Assembly: GCA_010093995.1 (NCBI GenBank)
Contig: ML992503.1
Coordinates: 673,234 to 737,233 of the forward strand
Length of the DNA stretch: 64,000 nt
Source: Elsinoe ampelina
Lineage: Eukaryota
Reading direction: 5' to 3'
Below are positions 1 through 14,374 of this stretch, in pieces. The notes under the pieces are model-generated. The model was given only the letters and a program-made list of their open reading frames with translations. It did not search any database and was not told where the DNA came from. The translations under genes were made by a program, and so were the position numbers. Numbering within the stretch: the first letter of the stretch is position 1; the number at the start of each line of letters is the position of its first letter.

Positions 1-309
1 GGCGAGCGAAGCAGCACTACGACAAATGGATCGCCAACTACGTCGCCGAGGACTACCGAGCGGCCGTCGAGAAAGGTCGGGCGTTACTGGAAGAGCACGC
101 CGTCAAGCAGAGCCCGGAGCGGATCGAGGAGTTGGTGAAGCTGTGGGCCATGGCCACCAAGGTACGAGTCCCCACCTCTTCTTCCACACGCCATCTCTCC
201 GCTGGTCTCGGACCGGAGAAATGGGTGTGGAAGTGATTGGATTGAAAGCTGACAACGCCAGATGGAGATCGACTTCTGGGACAGCGCGCTTGCGGCCGGC
301 AAGGCGTGA
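1..309 (+). CDS. 3' end (5'-partial) of a TenA/THI-4 domain protein (THI20-like HMP kinase/thiaminase II)
   Basis: Frame +3 reads RAKQHYDKWIANYVAEDYRAAVEKGRALLEEHAVKQSPERIEELVKLWAMATK. An intron follows at 162-261 (GTACGA..GCTGAC..CAG), then MEIDFWDSALAAGKA* (TGA 307-309). The WI.NY and E..FW motifs are typical of the TenA C-terminus. Not in the ORF track. Confidence 0.8.
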
Positions 310-1181
310 GGCGCGAGATATGGACGTTGGTGGCGTTCTCGATCTGAGATGCCAGATCGCGGACGGTGCAGGCCTGCGGATAGACGATGTCGGAAACGGG
401 GGCTAAAGCACGATGAGTACAAGACACGCCTCAAGCGCAGATAGGCGCCGGGCAGGTAGGGACGAAAATAGATATGGAAGCGCCGCACACGAGCAGATGC
501 AAAAGTTTGAATCTGTACAGGATTACGATTTTCTCGGAGCCTCCACCTTTACTGCTCGGTGATGCCTCCCATGGGTCTACCTACGTGGCAAGTCCCACTT
601 CCTCGCCATGCTATGCTCTCTCCCATGCGTATTGACCTCGTCTCTGCAGCGGACGACCATGAAATCTGCCTCAAATATTCTCAAAGTGTCCCTCCCGATG
701 CAACCCGTCTGTCCGACCTTGGTCGGCTCGAAGAAGCTAATCCACCCTTTACGCGCGTGCAGTGACAAAAAAAAGTCCAAAATCGTTCCATAAAGTCGTC
801 GTGGCAAGAAAAAGCGGAGGGGATATATGTTCGGAAGAAGCTGAAGTTTGTTTTTTGCGAAGCGAAAAAGCAACGGTATCGGTCGCGTGTGTATTAGGTT
901 GGATGTTCTTGTTGAAGAGTATCCATGGTGATCATGCTGTGGTAGTGCGGAATTGCCTGAGCGTTTTGGGTATTTGTATCCGAATTGCGAAAAGGCTGAG
1001 TGGACATGTACAGTCGCGCGAGAGACAATGGCCACTGGGTTTGAGACATTGCGGAGGTGATTCATCGTGAAATAGAGGTGTGTCAAAAGGAAATTTCGGC
1101 CGTGACGTGTGCAGACGACAGGGTACTGGAGCCCGTCTGCACCTTGCTTTTCTCGATGCACTCGTCTGCCCTGCAGCATAT

Positions 1182-2836
1182 TTATTGCTGGTCGTACGAT
1201 GGAGTTTGTCGCTGTTCCTGCTCTGATGGTCCATCAGTCTTTGATTATGGCAGAAAGTAATGAGTAGTCGTGTGGTGCATCAGGAAAGCGTGATTATGGT
1301 GACGAAGGGTTTCACGCACGTTGAGGTTGCTGAGCGTACATCTGAGGCTGTTGACCGTACGGGCTCTGTGGGTAGCCACCATTGGTGGCATACATTTGAC
1401 CTTGGGCTTGGTATTGCTGACCATCTGGCTGAGGCTGGGTTGGAGTGTACTGTGGAGGAGCCTGACCAGGTGCTTGAGCGTAGCCGATGGGAGGTAGCTG
1501 AGGTGCACCAGGAAGAGCAGCCATCATGTGAGCAGGAGCATAGCCAGGACCTTGAGTAGGAGTGCCATCACCGACTGGACGGCCTTCGGTGCGTGCGCGT
1601 TCTTCGTCTTGCTTGCGCTGGTGCTCCTCTTCCTTCTTCTTGGCCTTCCACTCTTTGCGAATTTCTTTGAATTCTGCAACGCAAGTACGTTAGCTAGGGC
1701 TGCAAGCCACAACTGCTGTTCAAACGCTTGGTGCAGGACTAAGGGATTTAAAAATGCACCGGACTGCGAGCTAAGCCCCGCAAAGCCGGACGCTTCAAAC
1801 CGTCACTAAAGCAAGGCCCGCTACAACCACACGTCATTTTTTTGACATGTTTACAATTAATTGTAAATGTTGCAGCCGCGCATTCTTTTCGTGTCGGTTG
1901 AGCAATTTTGCGGAGAGAAGCGCGTGGAAGGAAAGAGAATGTAGAGACGTACCTTCTGGGGTCCGCTTTGTGCCGTGCGACTGCATAGTCACGTGTGCGT
2001 TCAGGTGATTCAAAGTGCCATAGGCCTTTTCGCATCCTTGCCAACCACACTTGTACATTCTCTCGATCTCTTCATATCGACGACGTGGGCGCTTGTGCTG
2101 TTGAGCGCCGGGGATAGGCACGAACGAGTAGACGGTACCCATGGGATGACCACCCTATCAAATAAGTCAGTACTAGATGCGCGACATGGTCCGGCATGGC
2201 GGCCTACCGGTGGGCGTACCTGAGCGACCATGCCCGGTGCACCGCCAGGGGCACTCACAGCCATGTGTCCGTATACCGGCGGGTATTGACCCGCCCAGTC
2301 CGGCCGCGGCGCATAGATTGGCGCGCCTGGCTGCGCGTAATGAGGCTGCATCTCATGTTGTGGAGGGTAAGGTGAGTATTGCTGGTGAGGAGGATAGGTC
2401 GGGCTTGATGCCGCTATCGAAGGATCTGGAGGAGGTCAGCATGCAAGGTTCGGCGGAGTGAGGAGCCATTGGTAGCGGCGAGGTGGAGGACAACGTACTT
2501 GCTTGCGCCATTGGCGGGTGAGGGGGGTGCGCGCCCGGTTGCTGAGGTGGGTAGCGCGGTTGACCTTCAGGATATGATCGCGGTGGGTGCTGAGCAAAGT
2601 GTTCGTATGAACCTGGTCGCGCAGACTGTTGGTGGTCAGCTACACGTCCGCAAGAGATATGTCGTATAGTGACATGGATTGAAACATACATCTGGTTCGT
2701 ACTTGACGTGTTGTTGATACTGGCCGGCAACGGAAGCTTGGTCAGAAGAGCCGGGCTCGGAATGATTGGGTGAGAACTGCGTGTACGGCGAGCTCAGTCC
2801 AGCGTGCTGCGAGTAATCCTGTTGGCGACCTTCCAT
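1182..2836 (-). CDS. con7: C2H2 zinc-finger transcription factor, Con7-like (multi-exon)
   Basis: Exons 2836-2690, 2624-2499, 2425-2220, 2154-1953 and 1673-~1320, with a probable terminal exon 1222-1182; all junctions are GT..AG and in frame. The signature VYSFVPIPGAQQHKRPRRRYEEIERMYKCGWQGCEKAYGTLNHLNAHVTMQSHG..RTPE|EFKEIRKEWK is present. If the last intron is retained, the protein ends at 1312. Confidence 0.9.
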
Positions 2837-5800
2837 AGACTAGCTAGGGACTCGTGGCCGTTTGAAGGAAGGATAGGTCGAGAGCGGCGGCGCCTCGGTG
2901 GACGTATCGTTTGCAGGCGGCGGGCGTCTTTTTGGCAGGGTACAGGAAAGCACCGAGCGGACGCGATGGTTCGTGCAGTCGCGTGTGCTTTGCTGTGTGA
3001 AAGAGCAGCCGAAGCCTGAGAGCGACTAGCGTCAGCGATGCTTGTGAGAGCTTGCCGCAGATGCAACAGCAAAAAAACCAGGGCCGGTAGCGCGAAAGGG
3101 AAGACAAGGTGTGTGGGCGGGCGACCGAAGTTTTAGTGCGCGCGCCGGACAGGGCAAGTGGCAGGTGAGAGGTGCAGGAAGGAAAAAGTCTGCTGCTCTT
3201 TGGCTCTGGCTTTGCGGAGATGTCGACGCGGCTTGACTCGGCCGAGGCGGTACGTAATAGGTAGGAGACGTGTCTGTTACTCACCAACAAGTAATTGCAA
3301 AGCTACTCTTCTAGCAATTGGTTGTGAAAGAAGAATGTGAAGCGAGTTCAAAGAAACGCGCACGGTGGTTCGGCGGTGACGAGGTGTTGTTTAGCGTGGA
3401 GCGAAAAGGCGTTTTGTCTGTCGCAAGATGTGTCGGTGCGGCCGCCAATACGGATTGGGCAAGGCGTGATTCGAGGGCAGCTGCGAGAATGGCTTGGCGG
3501 ATCGAGGACGGGTACAGCGGGCTTTGGAAAGAAAAAGGACAAGCTTCCAGCACAAAGCTAACGAGCAGAGGGCCGGCGTGGGATGGTGCGGATCGGACAC
3601 TTTAATGTCAAGCTAGTCACTAGCGACGCAGACGAGGGGAACTGGGAGCCAGAAGAGTGTCGAGAGACACAGGCCGATCGAGCCGGAAAGAGGCCAGAGC
3701 CCTCTGACCACAGGTGAGCCGTGAGTGGCTGAAGGGAAACAGGACAAGCCGGAAAAATGGTGATTTGCGTCCCAGGTGGATCTCTGCCGCAACCGCCCAA
3801 GCGCCCCAGATGATGAGCAGAGACTTTGCCTCCGTCGGCGGGATGCGCAGCTCAGTCCCCGTTAGCGACGTTTCTAGCGTCCGAGGACGGACCAGACACC
3901 GTCTCGGACCCTAACAGCGACGACCTGGTGTTCTGCGGACGTCTACTATACCGAGTGAAGTACGAGTGAACTGCTGGTGATGTTCGAGAATGCGAGTGAA
4001 GGAATAGACCGTTGCGGGCGAAGGTGGCGAGTGTCAAGATTGCGCCATTTAATTTTTCACTGCTCCTCAACACGATGACCGGCCTTGGTCAGTGCGTCCT
4101 CGCAGGGTGAGAGCATGAGAAGAGGCAGGAGCAGAGACAAAACACGGTCGGCCAATCACATTCAACCACAGAATCTGCAAGCACTCTTGTCCAGCACACA
4201 TGCGGAAGGCACGAGGCAAAACACTCTGTGCTACCACTACTTTTCCTACAATCTCGGCACGCCAGATCGGCTTGCCCTTCCCATGTCAGCCCGGAACTCG
4301 AGGCTCAAAGTCAATGATTTAATATGCGGAAAGCTTGCTTTGCACGCCTCGACCGATGATGGTCCGTGAGGGTTTGGTGGATGACTGAAGGAGTCAACAG
4401 AGTTGTGATGTTCAAGGTGTGGATGGAGTATGATCGGCGCCGTCTTGGTCGGGATTGGCTGCACGACTCAAGCACCAACGACGATCTTGACGAACCACCT
4501 CCACCGCATCCCCAGCGACACACCTATCCGGACATGTCCATGTAATCAATAATCTCAGCATTTCCCGTCTGGTTACATTTATTGATGCAGATCTATAGGC
4601 GAGATCCACGATTGAAGGTCTGACTCCTCGAGAATCAATATCTCATCTTGGCTGCAGACGTGTTCATGACTCGGACTAAAGACATTTATCCATGTCATGA
4701 TCTTTTCTGATTGGCCTCCGCCATGATCATGCGCGCCGTCAATGCGACACGGATCCTGATCGATGTCGTCGGTAACTTAACCTTGAGCAAGAACGCATGC
4801 CATTCGGCCAAGCACAACGTCTCGTCGCCGTATCACGAACCCTGCAATTCTCAATCATCACACGACTGTCGTCCACGAAATGCGACCCAGATCTGCTACG
4901 TCAGCATCACCGTTGTGACAACTGTCAAAACGGTACTTGGCCACTCGTCTGTCGGCAAGCGCGGATGCGTGAACTCTTGACTCTCGCCCCCAGTGCCGAA
5001 CAGGGACTGGTAAAGAGATGGCTGGCGAACGTTGATGACCAGTATAACGGCCATGAGGCTGCGCCTCGTTTTCACGAAATGCCAAATGACCGAGGGTCCT
5101 CTCGACCGTTGTTGTGCTTTGTTATTATATCCGGCATCTAAAGTGGCCGGTAACGACATTCGTTTGTTGATCAGTCGAGAGCATTTCTTGACTTGGTGGC
5201 CAATCAAATAATTGATACGACAAGCTTTTGCGGATGATATGCAGCCGGCCTCGACAACACAGAATCATGGTTTGAACGAGCAAGAAGGTTGCCCATGTTT
5301 GACATTCATCTAGCCCTCAATTACCCAGATCGCGGAAGAAGATGATCCTGTCTCGTGAATCTTGAGCATTCATGGTCGAAAGCCTGGAACATTTCCTATC
5401 AATATTGACAGCTGATACGGTGGCTCACAAGCAGTTTCATGCCTATAAGCGATGCTCGCTGCCAATACTGGATGCTGTGGATGCAGAATATCCGGCCCAT
5501 GGTACGAGAACATGATACTCCTGCAGATCCATATCAAGACAATCCGGCAGATTGTCCTCCTTCTCCGATCCTGCAAGCAAAGACGGATCACGGCATCCGG
5601 GTTTGATAGTGGTGGTGAACCACGACGAGTCAGCACAGCACTGGGAAAGCATTCAAGCGCAGACCACCAAGCCTTCTCGTCGTCCACACGAACACCTGAA
5701 GATAGGACTGTGCTCCTCGTCTACCGCTGGCTCGCACGGGAGACCTAGCGGAAAGCTTCCCTTCCTCGTCGCTGTTGTGCCTGGCTGGCAGACTAGCGCT

Positions 5801-7113
5801 GTTCACCTCATCAGATCTTCCAATGCCGAAAGCTATCCTCACCACTCCGCACAACGACTTTGTCTGTCCTGTTCTCTCTCCCCACAAAATACTGGCATCA
5901 TTACTCCAACTCCGAGCACTCTGAGACATATCCCTCGCCCCCCAATCACGACCCCCTTGTGTTCCAAGACACGAGCAGCCCTCGTGTCGCAATGCCCACA
6001 GACAGGGGTCGTGTGCTGTCTGACCCTGCAACCACGACATCGGCCCATCCACCTCACATGTCAATCCCACTCTTCCACCACCCCCACCATGCAGGCTCAA
6101 TTGCGGCTCGACCATAGTTCAGCCTCACTGAGCAATTTCCACCCCGCGAGGGCAAGTATACACGGAGCATGCATGCCAACGATCTTCGCACCCGTGCCTG
6201 CATCTTCCCATGCCTATCACATCCAGACCACCAATATTTGATCCCTCAGGAAAATGTCTGTCGCGTCAGATCCACCCACTTCTCCACGTCAAATGAGGCC
6301 GACGGGGCCCAAGCTCCCTCTCTCTTTCGCAATGCTTCGGCCGGTCCAAGCTCCCCTCGATCTTGCCCAGAAACTTTGTTCCCCTGCCGCACCTCCATCC
6401 AAAAGAGGAAGGTCGAGCTGTAACATCTCAACACAACATGCAAGCCCCGATCCACTTTGACAGACGCCTCTTCTCCGGGCAGAGATTCGTGCGCTGCATG
6501 TGCCCTCCAACTTGGCCGACCACCGTATAATCTGCTCCCGACGACGCGGGGACACGGACTTGATTCCAACTGCTGTGTCGTGTTTTGTGAGTACAGCCTG
6601 ATTGGTGACGGAGATCCTGTGACCTTCTCCATGGCCCACTCTGGGATCGAGATCTTGATGCATTTGCTGGCAAACACGAATGATGACTTGCAAGATCGAT
6701 GAGCAAAGGTAGACGCAACACTTTGCGTCCCACTGGACATGCAGCAGTGTCCGCGGTGCACGGATGCTTCCGGCGACTACTGCAGAGCAAACGCGAACGA
6801 TCTTCATGTCAACGCCCTCATGCATGTCCATATCCATGATCTGCTTGCAGCGTTTCCGCACCTCTATGTCATTGCTACAACGAGCATAGATCGTGTTTTC
6901 AATTCTGCTTTCGCACCCTTTCACCGCGTCTTGTTCACCGAGATCATCGCTATCAGGAAAGAACATGAGCTTCAGCTAGCCCAACAAATTTACTTTGATA
7001 TGCTCAAGGTAATCATGACCTTTCATTCACTTCTTCATATCCACATGTTGCGACCTGCGAGCAAGCTATTTCGCCTCAGCCCCAGGTTCAGGTCCAAAAT
7101 GATCATGAACACA

Positions 7114-9035
7114 TCAGTACTCCTTCTTCACCAACGCCACCGGCGCCTGATATCTGTGCCTCCCGACCAGCATATAAAATACCAGACACCCAACAAGCGT
7201 GACTCCGTAAATCAACACCGTCCAATTCATCTCCGCCGGCGCAGGCCTCGGTATTGGAGGAAAGAACAAGAAAACAAAGATGACGGCCAGCAACGACAAG
7301 GCTACGATGTTGACCGCGACCACAAACCTCCCCAGACTAAACCGAGATGGGGGGAGCTCATTCGGACGCGTGACACGCTTGTGCAGGATGCACCCGATGC
7401 AGACGATATAGGAGGTGAGTAAGCCCGAACTCGATAGGGTGGTGAGGATGTTGAACGCGACGTTTGATCCAAGGACGATAAGGCCGAAGAGGAACGTGAA
7501 CATGAAGGTAGCAAACAACGAGTTGACGGGGATGTTGTACATCGGGTTGACCTGTCCCCAATCAGCATCTACCAGAAAAGAATGGTGAACGTGCAAACGA
7601 CCTTCTTCAAAACCCCCGAAAACGGAAACCCATCATCCCTCGCAAACGCATACAACTGACGCGACGTAGTAGCCACCTGATTAATCGAAGTAAACAACAA
7701 CAGCACCGTCACAACCGCCGCCAACACCGACGCATCCCCCCTCGACCGCACCGCATTATACAACACCTGAATATAAGGCTGCCCATAGCGCGTCTCCAGC
7801 AGATCCTCCGCACTCCCACCAAGCGTAAAACAAAGCGTAATCACCGCCACCGTCGCCGTCAAATAATTCGCGAGAGCAGTCAACACCATCGCCCTCGGCA
7901 ACGCGTAGCTCGAATCCACCAACTCCTCGGACAGATGCGCCGCGGTCAGACCCCCGATCAGCGTCGCGAGCCCCAGACTCCCCCATCCTGACCCGTCGCT
8001 GAAGGAAGTGAAGACTTGGCGCGCCGGGGCCTTTTTCGCTCTTCGCCCAGAGGACGGCGATGAGATGGAGATCCAGGAGAGGAAGAAGAAGATGACCATC
8101 GCCGTCTCGATGGGTTTGAATTTGCGGATGAGGAAGATGTTGATGAGGATGGAGACGAGCAGGATGGCGACGGTGAAGAGGTAGGCTTGGTATGGGGCCA
8201 GGGTGTAGGTGGGGTTGTTGATGGCGATGAGGCCTTGCGGGGCGAGGGCAGGGGTGTAGGCTGATGCGGCCATGGCGGTTTGCCAGCTGGGGGGATGTTA
8301 GGAGGTGATGGGGACGGGGGCAGGGGGCAGGTACCCGAGGACGCACATCCAGCCTGGTATGGAGTTAGCTGTGGTGGTGACAGTGGGTGGCTGCGTGGCT
8401 TACCGACGAGATAGCTTAGTATCTTTTGAGCCCGTGGCGGGGCGAATTCGCTGACCCTGGAGGACCTTGGCTAGCTGTGGTGAGACGAGACACACGACTC
8501 ACCAATGGTATTGACACCCCGCAGTCGGCGCCCTTGGCAGGTATCAGCTTCGCAGTCCTGACTCTAAGATATCGGCTCTTGGAGGAGTATGCACCTACAT
8601 AGACGCCATCTCCGCCATCGACAGAGTCGAGCAGAACATGCCGAACAGGACGACGATGAAAGACCAAATGATACCCGCAGTACCACCATTGGTGAGGCCA
8701 AAGATACTTGTGCTGCGGCAAGGTCAGGATGTGGTCGCCCTTGGAGCAGTGTAATCAGACATGATAGCTACGACCCAGGCGTTCCCAAGGACAAGACTGT
8801 ATCCGAAGATGGCAAAGCCATTGAGGTTCCTCTAGACGTTGATGAGCCTTCGCCGGTATATCCGTGCCGACCAACTTGCCATGAGTTCCTGCGTCTTACC
8901 CATTCTGTTCATTGCGTCGCGGTCTTGGGCAGTGCCTGTTGCATGCGTCATCTCGTAGCTTTCCCAAGATTGGTTGCGGCTTCGTGAAGCGTCATGCTTC
9001 GCTCGGATTGAGATGTGCTCCTGGAATCCGGCCAT
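7114..9035 (-). CDS. Amino acid/choline/GABA permease (APC superfamily, HNM1/UGA4-like), possibly decaying
   Basis: The spliced product reads MGKTQELM|RNLNGFAIFGYSLVLGNAW..GLTNGGTAGIIW..SMAEMASM|APTAGCQYHW|VSEFAP..LSYLVG|WMCVLG|WQT..AHLSEE..TSRQLYAFARDDGFPFS..|VNP..NIPVN, with about 6 introns and many TM segments. Local anomalies are described in findings. Confidence 0.85.
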
Positions 9036-10608
9036 TTTGTTTTGGCAATCTTACGAAGAGTGAAACGAAAAGGGAGAGAGAAAAGACCTCTTTGACAGCC
9101 ACGGGAGCAGATGAAATTGTATAGAATGAACCCGAGCTGTAGCGGAAGCCACATGCGTGTTTGTACTCAAGTGTCTGCAGTCATGCATGCATTCATGGTC
9201 AGTGGTCAATCCTTGCCATAGGTCGCTGCCAGTCCGGAACGAGGTGCCAGCAGCAATATAGAGAGCGACACGTCAAACTGGTGTAAGAGTCAGCTCAAAG
9301 CGGTCTGTGGTGTCATGCAATTAGAAATCGGTCTGCTACCAAACGCCTGATGGGGAGTAGCTGTGGTCTAGCTGGAGATCTAGAAACGCCTGCTTCGGAC
9401 AGGTTAGGTGTCGCGATGTTCAGTGCAGAGTCACTGACCACGCTCGAGCAACGTCGAAAGACCGAACGAGTTTCTTTCCAGGAATGTATAGCTCGAAGTC
9501 GTCGATATGCTTGGCATTGTGTGCTTGGAAGATGCCTTGGTTCAGGCTCATCATGCACTGCAAGCAGAGGCCTGAGCCAAGAACACGGGAGCTCCAAGAG
9601 ACCAACCGAGCATCCTGCCAATCAATCGAATGCTGACGGAAGAGGATGCAATGGTCCTTCCTGCCAAACTCGGGGATCTCGATCCTGCATCCATCGGCAC
9701 CTCTAAAGCCTCCTCGGTGCTATGCAAAGGCGACTTGCTTGCCTCAGGCATCGACGCGTGAATCGTGCTTGGGAGCGAGACATGCGAGATCGCCGGCGTG
9801 GGATCATCTTGTGAACCCACGAGACGAGGTGCATATAGAGGCTGAATTGCTCGGGGCATTGGTGTCGGCTGGATTCGGCGACGATCACTGACTAGCGCTG
9901 TGCTGATCCGGCTGGGAACAGAGTTTGCGGCAGATATATTAACCTGACATCACATTTCATACACTGCACTCGGAGGTAAGCTGGGATGTGATGAAGAGAT
10001 GATTTGTTTGATATTGGAAGACGTCCTACCCGATCGTGGACGCTGGCAAGCAACCTGCGTCCGGAAAGAGAGGAAGCGGTACCCAAGAAAGCCCAAGAGT
10101 CGAGGCACTTGGTTGATACGGTGCATCAAGCGCGCAGAGGACAATACCGAGATAGATGATTAGGAACAGCGCAGTAAGTCTGCGAGCCCAATGGGATGCA
10201 CCAGTCTCGCACCCTTGTCCTTCAGTGGACTACCACCCTAACATGAATCAACACTTATCACGAACAGACACAAAATTCATGCAACTTCAACTTCCATTCA
10301 TCGTATCCGCTACTTCCGGATCTCTATATTCTATACAATGCATGCAGCCGAATGCCATCCCTCTAGCCCAGCTCCATAATGCTCTGCCGTGATCGAAGCC
10401 TCTCCCCGTTCGCTGCACCTAAAAGAAAGTCCCAGCCAGTCTTTTTTTTGAAACGCCATATTGAAGCTTTGAGCTTCGTCCTGCCAGTCTGATATCGAAA
10501 CTTGAAAAGGAAAATAGTTGTGCTCGTGAAGATGCTCAGTGCCGTGCTCGGGTACGATCAAGAATCGTGATTCCACTTGGACGTGTGCTGCCGCAAGCCG
10601 AAAGTCGT

Positions 10609-12897
<2,289 letters not shown>

Positions 12898-13767
12898 GAT
12901 TGCGCTGTGAGAAGCCTTTGTATCTGATTTGTGTATAAGAGAAAGGAACGAGAATGAGTCGTGATGAAGAAAGGTCTCGTTGCGTGAGTTGAGAAAAAGT
13001 GAGATGAAGTCAAAGTTTGCGGCGAGGAGAAAATTATTTGAGGCAACGACGGGATCGAGACTGCCAAGACGAGCTAGGCTGTTTCGGGACAAATGGACGA
13101 TTTTTTGTTTTCAGACGCCGCTGGTGCTCGTTTGATCTTGCTTTCTCCTTCTGCTCGGTGATGTTTACGGATGGATGAAGGACTATTGAGGTTTCTTGAG
13201 GTACGGGGAGTGTGTGCATATGTTGTCAGTCTTGCTCATGAAACAGGTCAATGACTGGTGTCGAGGGATTTTGATTCGATGGCTGCGGTAGACAGCGTCT
13301 GCAGAAGTGGTTGCTTCTGTATCACGTTACAGGCGTAAGTTTGAAAGTTATGGGCGAGAAGCATTACTCGCCTTGCGGTACATAGTTCCAGGGAGCTGAA
13401 GCGTCTATCTTGAGCCTCTGACTCGTTGGTCCTGTCTGTATGCCGTGATAGTAGTTTATGTGGCTGCCACGGACGCCATTTCGACGTCACCCCACTGCTG
13501 ACAGCTTCGATACTTGTATACATGCCATATGGTAGACTCCGACCTCACTGCCCGCTCCCTTCTTCATAATCTTGAACCCACCGCTCCGACGACTCAGGTG
13601 GCGATCAGACTTTGAAATTGGTCTCGTTTCATTATTAGCACAATACCGAGATCTGCTGGTCTAGCACTTGAAGCTGGAGTCTGCCTCACCACCACCCATA
13701 TTGGTCTCTGTAGGTTTCGCAAGCCATTCACACCCTCTACACATAGCGTTTGCCCGAAAGATCAGTC

Positions 13768-14211
13768 ATGGGTATTCCATACTCCAAACAGATCAATGCG
13801 GCCTTCGACCAAGTCACACCTCTTGTGGCGGCAGGCTTCCAGGTCTTGCAAACGACCAAGAACATCTCAATCCTCCTTGCCGCCATCCAGGTTCTTACCG
13901 TTGTCCTTCTCGCTCTGATACAGGCCACACTCCTGATCCTCCTCATCACTGTGAATCCAGACCTGGAGAATGAAAGGACGAAAATCGTCACTCCCGTCAT
14001 GAAATGGGTGGCGGGTGTGATGATTCGTATAGGCAATCAACAGAAAACCTTCGCCACCATTTTCTGGATCATTTGCGCAGGATGTTGCGCTGGTGCTACT
14101 GTCGGGTACTTGTCAACGCAGAGAGAGGCTGCGAGGCTTGCTGAGGCTGCAGCGCAAGAACAGGCTGAGAAAGATGAGATCGAGGGTGGTGGTAGAGGCG
14201 AGAAGAAGTGA
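13768..14211 (+). CDS. Small conserved-type fungal membrane protein (hypothetical)
   Basis: The ATG at 13768 gives MGIPYSKQINAAFDQVTPLVAAGF..., with two hydrophobic helices and an acidic/Ala-rich tail. Composition is coding-like. Confidence 0.75.
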   Translation: MGIPYSKQINAAFDQVTPLVAAGFQVLQTTKNISILLAAIQVLTVVLLALIQATLLILLITVNPDLENERTKIVTPVMKWVAGVMIRIGNQQKTFATIFWIICAGCCAGATVGYLSTQREAARLAEAAAQEQAEKDEIEGGGRGEKK

Positions 14212-14374
14212 TGGCAGGGCTCGCTCGGGGCTGATACTGGGGAAATGCTCGGATCGAAAATCGACCAACCCGACATACGGAACGGCCTGCTCGTTGCGAC
14301 CGCCGCTGTACTCCTTGATGCGTACCAACGGTCCCGATCAATGATACTGTGACCTAAACGTGGGAGAGCTGAGA

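Noticed and set aside
26..488. ORF-track ORFs at the window start (26-406 +, 53-427 -, 84-488 -)
   Set aside because: They are off-frame or antisense to the spliced TenA-domain gene ending at 309.
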